Shown piece after piece: positions 54,005 to 62,700 of a stretch of DNA of 64,000 bases (position 1 is the first letter of the stretch; every line of letters starts with the position of its first letter). Origin of the DNA: Candidatus Nomurabacteria bacterium RIFCSPHIGHO2_12_FULL_42_19 (lineage in GTDB: Bacteria > Patescibacteriota > Minisyncoccia > Phycocordibacterales > UBA9973). The stretch is taken from NCBI GenBank assembly GCA_001786955.1, contig MFUM01000008.1:11062-75061 (forward strand), given 5' to 3'. The notes under the pieces are model-generated. The model had not been told where the DNA came from. It worked only from the letters and a program-made list of their open reading frames with translations, and ran no database searches. The position numbers and the translations under genes are program-made.

Positions 54005-55534
54005 GTGTTAAAATCATTAATATCTATGGCCAAACCGAATCGAGTGCAAATAATCAAATACGGTCCGCCGCCGCCGGAACTGCCTATATTCGGGAAGGTC
54101 AAGCCCGAAGAGGTTTCTTTTATCGGCCGGACCAATTATGTCGCGGCTCTGGAAGAAAAAAAGTTTATTTTCGGCATCAAACGGGTGGACCGCCGGAGGC
54201 ATCTTTACATTATCGGCAAATCGGGGGTAGGCAAATCGAAACTTTTGGAACTTCTGGTCAGGCAGGATGTAAGTTATGGGCATGGATTGTGTTTTATTGA
54301 TCCGCACGGCGATGAATTTAAAAACATTCTGGATTTTGTTCCCAAGGAACGCATTGAGGATGTTTGTGTGATTGATCCCACTGACGTTGATTTCCCGGCT
54401 TCATTTAATCCTCTGGCCAACGTTGATCCCGCTTTTAAATTCATTTTGACCCAAGGGTTGATTGAGGTATTTCAAAAACAATTCGGAGCAAATTGGACGC
54501 CCCGCCTGGAGCACGTTTTTCGTTTTACTTGCCTAGCGCTGCTGGATTATCCTCATGCCACTATGCGCGGAATGATTTCCATGCTGACGGACCGGAATTA
54601 CCGGCAGAAAGTAGTGGAGTATATTACGGACGACATGGTAAAAAGATTCTTCGCGATTGAATTCGCGGACTGGTCGGAAAAATTTGATACGGATGCGATT
54701 ATCCCGCTGGTTAACAAACTCGGACAATTTCTTTCGGATCCGCTTCTGCGAAATATCTTCGGTCAGAAAGAAAATAAAATAGACATTAGCAAACTGATGA
54801 ATGAAGGCAAAATTATCCTGATAAACATTTCCAAAGGCCGACTCGGAGAAGAGAATTCCTCTTTTCTCGGTTCTATCTTTTTGACGAAAATAAAACAGGC
54901 CGGCATGGAGCGCGCTTCAATGGACGAGTCTGCGCGCACGGATTTCTATCTCTATGTGGACGAGTTCCAAAATGTGGTAACCCAAACCTTTGAAAATATT
55001 TTATCGGAGGCCCGTAAATACGGACTTAATCTGACTATCGCGCATCAGTATGTGGGCCAGATTATTACCAAGGTGCACCAAGCCGTACTCGGTAATTGCG
55101 GCAGTATTATAACTTTCCGTGTGGGTGGCGAAGACGCGGTAAAAATGAAGCCGGAATTCGCTCCGCTTTTTGATGTGAAAGATATGATCAACCTGGCTGT
55201 CGGTGAAATCTATATAAAAATGACGATAGACGGCGAATCTTATGATCCATTCTCTGCCGAAACCCTAAGAGTCCTTCCCCCGACTCATCCATCCTATCGA
55301 GAGGAAATTATAGAGGCTTCGCATCGAAAATATACGATACCGAAAGATGCGGCCGCCAAGCTTATCGCCGAAGAAGAAGCGACAATTATCCGGAGCGCCG
55401 AAGAAAAAGCGATAATTGAAGGGAGGGCTAAAAGGAAAGCAAGAGAGCGCGGGGAGACGGTAGAGACGGATGACGGCGGCGAAAAAGAAGAAATAAAAGA
55501 AAAAACTTCACAAGAGGCCGAGCCCATGATTTAG
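54005..55534 (+). CDS. VirD4/TraD-like ATPase, second paralog (no zinc ribbon; acidic C-terminal tail)
   Basis: Walker A 'IIGKSGVGKS', Walker B 'FYLYVDEFQNV', 'LTIAHQYVGQI'; collinear with the 45708-47810 protein over ~400 aa. Confidence 0.55.
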   Translation: MLKSLISMAKPNRVQIIKYGPPPPELPIFGKVKPEEVSFIGRTNYVAALEEKKFIFGIKRVDRRRHLYIIGKSGVGKSKLLELLVRQDVSYGHGLCFIDPHGDEFKNILDFVPKERIEDVCVIDPTDVDFPASFNPLANVDPAFKFILTQGLIEVFQKQFGANWTPRLEHVFRFTCLALLDYPHATMRGMISMLTDRNYRQKVVEYITDDMVKRFFAIEFADWSEKFDTDAIIPLVNKLGQFLSDPLLRNIFGQKENKIDISKLMNEGKIILINISKGRLGEENSSFLGSIFLTKIKQAGMERASMDESARTDFYLYVDEFQNVVTQTFENILSEARKYGLNLTIAHQYVGQIITKVHQAVLGNCGSIITFRVGGEDAVKMKPEFAPLFDVKDMINLAVGEIYIKMTIDGESYDPFSAETLRVLPPTHPSYREEIIEASHRKYTIPKDAAAKLIAEEEATIIRSAEEKAIIEGRAKRKARERGETVETDDGGEKEEIKEKTSQEAEPMI

Positions 55535-55611
55535 AATTAGATTCTAAGTTCTGGTGATTAAGTTCTAGAAAAAATATTGAAATTTTATAAAAATCTGTTA
55601 ATATATAGTTT

Positions 55612-56715
55612 ATGTCAAAAGACTACTATGAGACATTGGGAGTAAATAAGAGCGCATCCAAAGACGAGATTAAGAAGGCTTTTTATAAATTGGCGCACAA
55701 GTATCATCCCGACAAAAAAGGCGGCAATGAAGCGAAATTCAAGCAGGTCAACGAGGCTTATCAGGTGCTTTCGGATGATGCCAAGCGCACAAAATATGAC
55801 CAGTTCGGTAGCGCCTACGCCGAAGGCTTCGGCGGTTCGCAGTCCGGTGGATTTAAAGGCGGTTTTGAAGGTTTTGATTTTTCCGGAAGAGGCGGACAAG
55901 CATACGGCGGCGCGGATTTTGACTTCGGGAATCTTAACGATATTTTCAGCGATTTTTTCGGAGGCGGAATGGGGGAAGAAAGGTCACAGGCGCGCCGCGG
56001 CCGGGATATTTCCACCGAAATTCAGATTTCTTTTTCCGATTCTATTTTTGGAATGAATCGGAAAATTCTAATTACTAAAACTTCAAATTGTCTCACTTGC
56101 AATGGTTTCGGCGCCAAGGCCGGCTCCAAGATGGAGACTTGCAAGCATTGCAATGGCCAAGGTAAGATTCGCGAATCCAAGAGAACGATTTTTGGGACTA
56201 TCGCCAATACAAAGATTTGCGAAGCCTGTCTGGGGACGGGAGAAGTGCCGAAAGAGATTTGCGACAGATGTAAGGGCAGGGGGGTGCTTCGCCGCGAAGA
56301 GGAAGTTTCAATTATTATTCCTCCGGGCATACGCGACGGCGAGATGGTCCGGATGACGAGCTATGGCGAAGCGATTTCCAGGGGAACAGCGGGGGATCTT
56401 TATATAAAAATAAATGTAACACCGCATCCCGTCTTCAAACGGGAAGGCAATGATTTGGCAATGAACTTAAATCTGAAGCTTTCTGACGCGCTTCTCGGAA
56501 CCAAATATCCGATTCAAACTCTGGATGGGGATATTGAGGTTACGATTCCGGAGGGCGTCGCGATGAATGAAATTCTGCGAGTGCGGGGGAAAGGTGTGCC
56601 GGTTTCCAAGAACAAACGCGGCGATTTGTTAATTAAACTCAACATAAAACTCCCCGGCAGGCTTTCCCGCAAATCTCAAGAACTCATCGAGGAGCTCAAA
56701 AAAGAGGGGATCTAA
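55612..56715 (+). CDS. dnaJ: Chaperone DnaJ
   Basis: J-domain 'DYYETLGV...HPDKK', G/F-rich region, four CxxCxGxG zinc-finger repeats, C-terminal domains. Confidence 0.9.
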   Translation: MSKDYYETLGVNKSASKDEIKKAFYKLAHKYHPDKKGGNEAKFKQVNEAYQVLSDDAKRTKYDQFGSAYAEGFGGSQSGGFKGGFEGFDFSGRGGQAYGGADFDFGNLNDIFSDFFGGGMGEERSQARRGRDISTEIQISFSDSIFGMNRKILITKTSNCLTCNGFGAKAGSKMETCKHCNGQGKIRESKRTIFGTIANTKICEACLGTGEVPKEICDRCKGRGVLRREEEVSIIIPPGIRDGEMVRMTSYGEAISRGTAGDLYIKINVTPHPVFKREGNDLAMNLNLKLSDALLGTKYPIQTLDGDIEVTIPEGVAMNEILRVRGKGVPVSKNKRGDLLIKLNIKLPGRLSRKSQELIEELKKEGI

Positions 56716-56721
56716 GAAATT

Positions 56722-57315
56722 ATGCTTCCTGAACAAATTATTTATCTTACTTTTGCCTTTTACATCCCCGGGTATTATTTTTATCTGCGGGATATTGTCT
56801 ACGGACAAAACAAACCGAATTTAATTTCCTGGTTTTTTTGGATGTTGGGCCCGTTCCTTGGTGCTTTTTTTCAATTTAAGGCGGGGGCGGGATTGGTTGC
56901 GCTCCCTACTTTTATGGCGGGTTTTGGCCCGCTTGTAGTAGTCCTTTTTTTTATTTGGCACAAAAATGCATACTGGAAATTAACGGTTTTTGATATTTTT
57001 TGCGGAGTGTTTTCGTTATTAGCATTGATATTATATACAATAACACACAACTTGGTCGTTTCGATTATTTTTGCCATTTTGAGCGATTTCTTTGCCGCTA
57101 TTCCAACCTTTACAAAATCCTGGAAGTTTCCGGAAAACGAATCGCCCCAACCATATATAATCGGTCTGGCTACTAATATGTTCGGTTTATTAATCGTAAA
57201 AAACTGGATTTTCTCCTTTTATTCTTTCGGGATTTATCTCATACTCCTCAATCTGGTAATGACGTTTTTTATCTATCGTAAAAAGATTTTAAAAACTACT
57301 TCAATTTCTTCCTGA
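56722..57315 (+). CDS. Polytopic membrane protein, hypothetical
   Basis: ~6 predicted hydrophobic helices; no recognisable family. Confidence 0.3.
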   Translation: MLPEQIIYLTFAFYIPGYYFYLRDIVYGQNKPNLISWFFWMLGPFLGAFFQFKAGAGLVALPTFMAGFGPLVVVLFFIWHKNAYWKLTVFDIFCGVFSLLALILYTITHNLVVSIIFAILSDFFAAIPTFTKSWKFPENESPQPYIIGLATNMFGLLIVKNWIFSFYSFGIYLILLNLVMTFFIYRKKILKTTSISS

Positions 57316-58186
57316 ATTTATTTGTCATGATTTTATAGCAGAGCAGGGCAGCGCCGAATTCGGTAAGGACTGACCCGGATATCGTGGAGACTTCCACGAT
57401 ATCCGCGCCGATTACGTTTTTTTCCCGGAACAATTTTTCTATCAGATTGAGCGTATAATTCCAGTCCAGTCCTCCCTGTACCGGCGTGCCGGTGCCGGGC
57501 ATAAAACCGGGATCTATGCCATCCACATCCAGAGATAAATAAACCTTTTTTGTTTTAATGGATTTTACAATATCGCCGATTTTGGGAATTTTGTTGTCCT
57601 TGGTCCAGGGAAATACTTTTATTGTTTTTTTATTTTTTTGCCAAAAATTATATTCATATTTGGAAAAAGTTCGGATGCCGACCTGGACAATGGGAAAACC
57701 AATATCATGCGCCCTGCGCATTGTGCAGGAATGGGCGTATTTTGTAATATGGTCGCTATAATCACTGTTGTCTTCTCGCAAATCCTGATGAGCGTCTATT
57801 TGGAAAATAGTGATATCTTCCGGATTTTCTTTTTTTAGGATTGCGTCCAATGCGCCGAGCGCCACTGTATGCTCGCCGCCAAGCATGATTACAAATTTTT
57901 TATCACTGAATAGTTTCTCATATTCGGAACTTATTTTCTTGATTGCTTTTTCCGGAATAAGTTTTTTAAGGCCGGATATTTCCCTGTGAGCGGTTTTTAT
58001 TTTTTTTGCCGGCTCGCACAATAAATCGGTATCAAAAAGCTCCAAATTTTCATTAAGAATTTTCAGTATTTTTTGGGGTGCTTTCGCGGTTCCTCCCATA
58101 AAAGAAACACCCCCCTCATAGGGAGCACTTAGTATCACAATGTCGGCTTTTTTTGCATCTTTTGTATTTATGACAGTATCTATCAT
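57296..58186 (-). CDS. Arginase-family ureohydrolase (agmatinase/formiminoglutamase-like)
   Basis: Mn-ligand motifs 'GGEHTV', 'DAHQDLR', 'SLDVDGIDP'. Confidence 0.65.
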   Translation of the reverse strand: MIDTVINTKDAKKADIVILSAPYEGGVSFMGGTAKAPQKILKILNENLELFDTDLLCEPAKKIKTAHREISGLKKLIPEKAIKKISSEYEKLFSDKKFVIMLGGEHTVALGALDAILKKENPEDITIFQIDAHQDLREDNSDYSDHITKYAHSCTMRRAHDIGFPIVQVGIRTFSKYEYNFWQKNKKTIKVFPWTKDNKIPKIGDIVKSIKTKKVYLSLDVDGIDPGFMPGTGTPVQGGLDWNYTLNLIEKLFREKNVIGADIVEVSTISGSVLTEFGAALLCYKIMTNKFRKKLK

Positions 58187-58224
58187 AAAATATATGTTAT
58201 CAGTTTTCAGTTTTTATGCAAATT

Positions 58225-59643
58225 TCAGATTTTCTTTTTTGTAAAAGTGGTTCCTGTTGCTGTATTTTTTACTTCATATTCCCACTTTTTTTCTATTTTT
58301 TCTCTTATTCTATCAGATTCTTTGAAGTTTTTATTTTTACGAGCCTCCTCTATTTTTTCGCCTAACTTCAATATTTCCTCCGGAATTATTTCTTCTTTTA
58401 AATCTGCAAAACCAAGTCCAAATATTTTATCAAAATCCAGAATTGTCGCTTTTTTGTCGGCATTTGAGATATTTTCGTCTTTGAATACATCCCACAACAG
58501 CGACAATGCCCGTGGCGTATCCAGGTCGTCCTCCAGGAATTCTTTGAACTTATTTTGATATTCCTGGTGAATGTGTCCAACCTGCCCCGTCCTTGGCGGG
58601 GTCTCGTTTTCCAGGTCCAAATAGAGCCCATATAGGCGTTTTAAGGCTGTTTCTGCGCCCTCCAGGGCTTCCCAGACAAAGTTTACTTTAGTGCGGTAGT
58701 TTGCCATTAATAGCCAAAAACGGTAGGTTGCAGGGCTGATATTCTTAACAGCCAAACTTTCCAGTCTCAGAAAATTGTTTTCTGATTTTGACATTTTTAC
58801 GCCGCCAGTATCAACAAATTCACTGTGCATCCAAAACCTGACGAAAGGTTTTTTACCGGTTGCGCATTCCGACTGGGCTATTTCATTAGTGTGATGCGTG
58901 GGAATAAGGTCAATGCCCCCCGTGTGAATATCAAATTGTTCGCCTAAAAATTTCATGCCCATGGCAGAACATTCTATATGCCAGCCCGGAAAGCCTTTGC
59001 CCCATGGAGATTCAAAACCGATTTTTGAATTAAATTTCCAAAGCGCGAAATCTTCCGAGTTTATCTTTTCTGAATTTTCAATAATTCTTGACCTGGATTC
59101 CTCTCGATTTTTAGCAACTCCCCACAATATTCCATAATCAGGCATTTTTGAAGTATTAAAATAAATTCCATCGCTTATTTTGTATGTATATCCTTTTTCT
59201 TCCAACTTCTGCACAAGTTCTATATCTTCTTTCACATAATCGCTTGCATAATAAATATTCTCCGGTATTTCAATGTTTAATGCCTGCAAATCCTCTTTAA
59301 ATTTTTCTGTATAAAATTCTGCCATCTCCCGCATATTTTTGAGCGTGAATTCTTTGCCTTCGCGCAAAAGGCCTTTCGTCATTTTATCTTCTCCCGAATC
59401 CGCATCGCTGGAAAGATGCCCGATGTCGGTAATATTCATTACTCGCCTGACTTTATATCCGCTATATTCTAAAGTTTTTTGCAAAATATCGGCAAAGACA
59501 TAGGCTCGTAAATTGCCAATGTGGGCATAATCATAAACCGTCGGTCCGCAGGAATAAAAACTTACGTCCGGCGGATTAATCGGGGCAAAAATTTCTTTTT
59601 TCCGCGAGAGTGTATTATAAAATTGGATTTTGCTTGAATTCAT
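58225..59643 (-). CDS. cysS: Cysteinyl-tRNA synthetase
   Basis: 'CGPTVYDYAHIGN' (HIGH region) and 'KMSKS'; Cys-binding Zn ligand region. Confidence 0.9.
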   Translation of the reverse strand: MNSSKIQFYNTLSRKKEIFAPINPPDVSFYSCGPTVYDYAHIGNLRAYVFADILQKTLEYSGYKVRRVMNITDIGHLSSDADSGEDKMTKGLLREGKEFTLKNMREMAEFYTEKFKEDLQALNIEIPENIYYASDYVKEDIELVQKLEEKGYTYKISDGIYFNTSKMPDYGILWGVAKNREESRSRIIENSEKINSEDFALWKFNSKIGFESPWGKGFPGWHIECSAMGMKFLGEQFDIHTGGIDLIPTHHTNEIAQSECATGKKPFVRFWMHSEFVDTGGVKMSKSENNFLRLESLAVKNISPATYRFWLLMANYRTKVNFVWEALEGAETALKRLYGLYLDLENETPPRTGQVGHIHQEYQNKFKEFLEDDLDTPRALSLLWDVFKDENISNADKKATILDFDKIFGLGFADLKEEIIPEEILKLGEKIEEARKNKNFKESDRIREKIEKKWEYEVKNTATGTTFTKKKI

Positions 59644-60637
59644 TTCTATATATGGAAATCAAAGTGTAAAGCAGACTTATAACCAAAGGCCCGACCAGGA
59701 TTCCAACCGGACCCAGGAGCGACAATCCGCCCAGCACCGCAAAAAGAATGAGGAGCGGAGGCACATTAGTTTTCTCGGAGATTATGAGCGGGCTTAAAAA
59801 GTTGTCCACCATTCCTACCATAATAACAGACCAGATTAAGAGGCCGATAGCGGGTGCGGCGTTTCCCGCGATAAAGAGAAAAACAATTGCCGGAACCGAG
59901 ACTAGGGCAGTTCCGATGGTTGGCAGAAGAGAAGCGACAGCGGCCACGATACCCCAAAGCGCGCTGTTTGGTATGCCGAAAATCCAAAGCCCGATACCCA
60001 TAAGCACGCCCTGAACGAGGGCGATAAAAAGACTTCCTTTTATCACGCTGTTGATAGCTTGTCTTAATCTCATGATTATTTTTTCATCATCACGGTCGGA
60101 AAGGGGACTAAGCACGACGATAGCCCTTCTCCATTGAGCTCCGTCTTTCAGGAAATAAAAAATAATCAGCAGCATTAACAGAAATGAAAAGAAAGCGGAA
60201 ATAGTGCTGCTGAATATACTGGCTATGTTTTGCGAGACAAAAGAAATAAAATCCGTTGCTTTTTCGTTTGCATCAAAAACTATGCCCTCCGGCAATATAT
60301 TATTAATTTTATTGCTTATGGAATTCATAAATGGCCCTACGCTCCCATTATCAACAACAACATGATAAACGTCCTGGCTTTGGTTGAAAATTATAACGCC
60401 GATGCCCAAAAGCGGCCCGCAAAGTATTATTACAAAAATAAAAACAGTTACGAGCGAAGAAAGCCAGTGGGGCAGACGTCTCTTATTCAGCCATTCATAA
60501 AAAGGATAAAAAACAATGGAAAAGGAAATGCCCAATACCAGTATTGTCCAAAAGGGCCGGAATATCAGGAAAGTAAAAATTAGAGTGGCGAGCAATAGCC
60601 CGAAGAAAAAATACTTCTCAATAATTTTTGTTTGCAT
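59615..60637 (-). CDS. AI-2E (PerM/YdiK-like) family transporter
   Basis: ~8 TM helices with the conserved central loop pattern of UPF0118/AI-2E proteins. Confidence 0.55.
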   Translation of the reverse strand: MQTKIIEKYFFFGLLLATLIFTFLIFRPFWTILVLGISFSIVFYPFYEWLNKRRLPHWLSSLVTVFIFVIILCGPLLGIGVIIFNQSQDVYHVVVDNGSVGPFMNSISNKINNILPEGIVFDANEKATDFISFVSQNIASIFSSTISAFFSFLLMLLIIFYFLKDGAQWRRAIVVLSPLSDRDDEKIIMRLRQAINSVIKGSLFIALVQGVLMGIGLWIFGIPNSALWGIVAAVASLLPTIGTALVSVPAIVFLFIAGNAAPAIGLLIWSVIMVGMVDNFLSPLIISEKTNVPPLLILFAVLGGLSLLGPVGILVGPLVISLLYTLISIYRNEFKQNPIL

Positions 60638-60696
60638 AGGAGCTATTATAGCAAAAACCTTGCTTTTTTACAAAAATTCATATAATATAGGCCGAT

Positions 60697-61023
60697 ATGA
60701 GCAAAGAAGAATTTGCAATAATACAAACTGGCGGAAAGCAATACAAGGTCTCCAAAGGGAGCCTTGTTTCCATTGAAAAAATAAAGGGGGAGTATACCAA
60801 AGGAGATAAAATTTCTTTTGACAAAGTTTTGCTCGTTGATGACGGCAAAGACACAACTATTGGCACACCTTATATAAAAGGCGCAAAAGTAGATGCGGAA
60901 ATCGTAGAAATCGGCCGTTCCAGAAAAATTATGGTTATAAAATATAAACAAAAATCCCGTTATCTTCGCCGCAACGGCCACCGCCAGCCATTCTTTAGAG
61001 TAAAGATTACCTCTATAAAATAA
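60697..61023 (+). CDS. rplU: 50S ribosomal protein L21
   Basis: 'FAIIQTGGKQYKVSKG...KVLLV...KVDAEIVE...KYKQKSRYLRRNGHRQPFFRVKI'. Confidence 0.9.
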   Translation: MSKEEFAIIQTGGKQYKVSKGSLVSIEKIKGEYTKGDKISFDKVLLVDDGKDTTIGTPYIKGAKVDAEIVEIGRSRKIMVIKYKQKSRYLRRNGHRQPFFRVKITSIK

Positions 61024-61050
61024 AAAACGAAGGTTGGTCCTTCGTTTTTT
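61023..61050. terminator. Bidirectional terminator (aaaaaacgaagg-ttgg-tccttcgtttttt)
   Basis: Stem-loop with flanking A/T runs between convergent genes. Confidence 0.65.
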
Positions 61051-62041
61051 ATTTGAACAATTTGCTCAACTTTCTTTCAATAGGTGTTAATTTTTTTTCT
61101 GCCTCCAAAAGATGTCCAATTGATACTTTTGTTAAAAATTGCTCAGATAATTTGTTATCAATATAGTATTCTATTCCATGAAGCACAATACCCAGAACAT
61201 AATAATGAAGCATATTTATAAGTTCAATTTTTTCTTTTTTACTTAATTTTCTGGTGCCAGTATATCCTAGATAAAATTGTTTCATCTTTTTTAGATTAAA
61301 TTCATTGTTTTCATAGCTATACCAAATAAGTGCGCCAGCTAAATCAAGGATTAAGGGTCCATTATATGAATTATCAAAATCAACAACGCCAGTTAATTTT
61401 CCATTATGGAATAAAACATTTTCAGGTCTGATATCAAGGTGCATCGCGCCGTCCGGCAATAATTTATCTATTTTGTATTTAAATGCATTTTTTTCTATAT
61501 ACGTGATAGCATTTTTTATTTTTTTATTTATTATAAAGTTTCTCGCCCGAAGTACGTGATTCATTTTTGAATGCGTAATACCATATAATTCATTTCTTTT
61601 TATCTTTGAGTGAAAATTTCTTGTCTGGAGATGAAGTTTTGCCAAAAATTTTCCGACAGCAGATGAAATTTTGTGATTTATATTCTCTGTCTTTTTCCCT
61701 GGCAGATAGGGATAGAGTAATATTTGATGTTTTTTATACATCACCAAAAATTTACCGTTTCTTGCTTTTAGGGGCTTGGGAATCGGAAGATTTTTTATTT
61801 TATTTAATAGTTCAACTTCATAATTAACCCGATAAGGGTTGTTGCGTATAACAATTTTTAAAACGAAATTACCTTTCGTTGTTTTTATTTTATAAACAAC
61901 ATTTGCTACTCCGCCTTCAAGTTTTTTAAAATTAAGAACCCTGCCTATATTAGGATAGTGGCTTAAATGTTTTTCCAAACTTTCTTCGGTGAAAGTTGGG
62001 GACTTCAAGATATTCATTTTATTGTCTATTTTTGAGGGCAT
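61049..62041 (-). CDS. Phosphotransferase-family kinase (APH/choline-kinase/homoserine-kinase-II-like)
   Basis: Brenner motif 'HLDIRPENVLF' and 'VVDFDNS'; N-terminal Lys in 'FVLKI'. Confidence 0.6.
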   Translation of the reverse strand: MPSKIDNKMNILKSPTFTEESLEKHLSHYPNIGRVLNFKKLEGGVANVVYKIKTTKGNFVLKIVIRNNPYRVNYEVELLNKIKNLPIPKPLKARNGKFLVMYKKHQILLYPYLPGKKTENINHKISSAVGKFLAKLHLQTRNFHSKIKRNELYGITHSKMNHVLRARNFIINKKIKNAITYIEKNAFKYKIDKLLPDGAMHLDIRPENVLFHNGKLTGVVDFDNSYNGPLILDLAGALIWYSYENNEFNLKKMKQFYLGYTGTRKLSKKEKIELINMLHYYVLGIVLHGIEYYIDNKLSEQFLTKVSIGHLLEAEKKLTPIERKLSKLFK

Positions 62042-62630
62042 TTTTGAGCGTGTCGTTGTCCGAATATTCCAACTCGGTGCCGGTAGAGAGGCCCTTGCCG
62101 AGGGAGGAGATTTTGATGTTTAATTTTTCCGCAACTTCTTTCAATTGGGTTCGCACATAAGAGTCAGTATGGTCGCCTTGGGGGCTTAGGGAAAAAGCCA
62201 GAATAATTTCTTTCAAATTTTTTTCTTTTTTAACTCTCTCCTTTAATTCTTCAATCCGGACCCGGCTTTTGGTGTTTTTTTCCACAATCGGCACCAGTCC
62301 GCCCAAGATAAAATATTTGCCGTGATAAACTCTGCTCTTTCGGATGCTTTCCAAATCCGAATCTTTTTCCACAGCCATCAGCAAGCTGTTGTCGGTATTC
62401 GGATTTCTGCAAATTTCACACAACTTTTCTTTTTTATTGTTTAAAATAAAAAACCTAAAACATTCTCCACATTGGGCTACTTCTTTTTTCAATTCCACTA
62501 TTAAACCGGATAAATTTTCGGAATAAGCCGGAGTTCTGGACATTAAAAAATAAACGAAGCGCCGCGCCTGCCTTTCCCCGATACCGGGAAATTCCTTAAA
62601 AATTTCGGTTAATTTGTCTATGATATCCAT
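62019..62630 (-). CDS. recR: Recombination protein RecR
   Basis: N-terminal HhH 'LTEIFKEFPGIGERQARRF', C4 zinc finger 'CGECFRF...CEIC', Toprim domain. Confidence 0.8.
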   Translation of the reverse strand: MDIIDKLTEIFKEFPGIGERQARRFVYFLMSRTPAYSENLSGLIVELKKEVAQCGECFRFFILNNKKEKLCEICRNPNTDNSLLMAVEKDSDLESIRKSRVYHGKYFILGGLVPIVEKNTKSRVRIEELKERVKKEKNLKEIILAFSLSPQGDHTDSYVRTQLKEVAEKLNIKISSLGKGLSTGTELEYSDNDTLKNALKNRQ

Positions 62631-62645
62631 AATTTATATTATATA

Positions 62646-62697
62646 CCCCCTCCGCCTCTGGCACCTCCCCCTATGTAGGGGGAGGATGGGAGGGGGT
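62646..62697. repeat. G/C-rich palindromic mini-element, intergenic copy between recR and dnaB
   Basis: ccccctccgcctctggcacctccccctatgtagggggaggatgggagggggt: nested inverted repeats of C5/G5 blocks. Confidence 0.5.
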
Positions 62698-62700
62698 AAT

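Noticed and set aside
57558-57838. Two small plus-strand ORFs inside the arginase-family gene
   Set aside because: Antisense to a frame with clear Mn-binding motifs; Phe/Leu-rich artefacts.
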